Made by a program: the position numbers and the translations under genes. DNA of 64,000 nucleotides, taken from NCBI GenBank assembly GCA_951406725.2, contig OX597817.1, positions 107,818,001 to 107,882,000 of the forward strand, read 5' to 3'. This stretch comes from Octopus vulgaris. Its lineage: Eukaryota. Every line of letters begins with the position of its first letter. The first letter of the stretch is position 1. Shown piece after piece: positions 63,206-64,000 of the stretch. Below the pieces are notes generated by a model, which saw only the letters and a program-made list of their open reading frames with translations, had not been told where the DNA came from and made no database searches.

Positions 63206-64000
63206 TGTTGAAAAATGAAAATTGCAATTTTTGGATATACGCTCGAGTCACTGGCACGCCACGAATATGATAACATATGATATTCGCTACAACTGCATGA
63301 CATTTTGCTCAGTATATTAAGGCAATGAATAACATAAAAGCTTCCCTTTTGAATATCAATATTTTCATGAACTTCATCATGAGTATGAACAAGAATTTGA
63401 GTAACTTTTAATATATACCAATGTTCCATAGCCTTCTGAAGTCTAAAGATTTCTAAAGGCACTGTTTCAAATTGTTTTAAGTCACATAAATGAGATAAGG
63501 TGTAATGAGTAGAAAAAACAAACGTGTGATAGCTATTTTCTTTCTAATATACTCAACGAATTAAATGGGATGAACATTAAAATTGTTGAAGATCAATACA
63601 ATTCATACTAAACCAAAATGAGTTTAAATCCTTTTATCAGCAAATTGCATTTTACAAAAAGAAAAAGAAACAGAGCCTTAATAGATGAGATTCCACCGTT
63701 TCCAAAGGGCTCTGAAAGATATGGTAACCAGATTAAAAAACTCTGATGAAATGAAAATACTCTTAAGACCATAGATATGTCTGTTTCCAGCGCGTTTGTG
63801 TATTCAAATCTATTGGAAGAACTAATAAGTTTACAGAATCATTTTGAAGTTACATTGTTTCAACAAAATGAATATGAAGCATTCCGGCTAAGAATTTTAA
63901 GCTTTGGTAAGAAAATAAAATTACTACTTATTGTTTTTCTTTCGTCGCACTTAGTCGAAAAATGATTCAGTGCCGTGTAACAATTTTAACCAAGCAGTGA

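Overview
Eukaryotic, very AT-rich, microsatellite-dense DNA. The SINE repertoire looks like a coleoid cephalopod (Octopus-like); this is an inference from recalled repeat families. Positions 602-11525 (+) hold the last seven coding exons of an SLC4-family Na+-coupled bicarbonate transporter (SLC4A7/8/10, NDCBE-like). The GT-AG junctions are phase-compatible through to the stop codon. A TE-poor, CpG-depleted ~10.6 kb stretch follows and ends at a textbook poly(A) signal (22136), so it is a candidate very long 3' UTR. From ~25 kb onward the window is intergenic and packed with elements: tRNA-derived SINEs, mariner/Tc1, hAT and piggyBac MITEs, Helitrons (one with a PIF1 fragment), CR1-group, RTE, CRE and Tx1/L1-like LINE remnants, two nested non-coding LTR elements, and Penelope-like elements (PLEs) with hammerhead-like motifs. 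The most notable observations are: serial LTR-end + tRNA primer-binding-site arrays; a LINE/SINE 3'-tail hairpin conserved in structure but not sequence; a perfect 137-bp-arm palindrome built from an RT YADD fragment; variant PLE hammerheads; and a CpG-decay boundary near the probable end of the transcription unit. No CRISPR, rRNA or bona fide tRNA gene was found.
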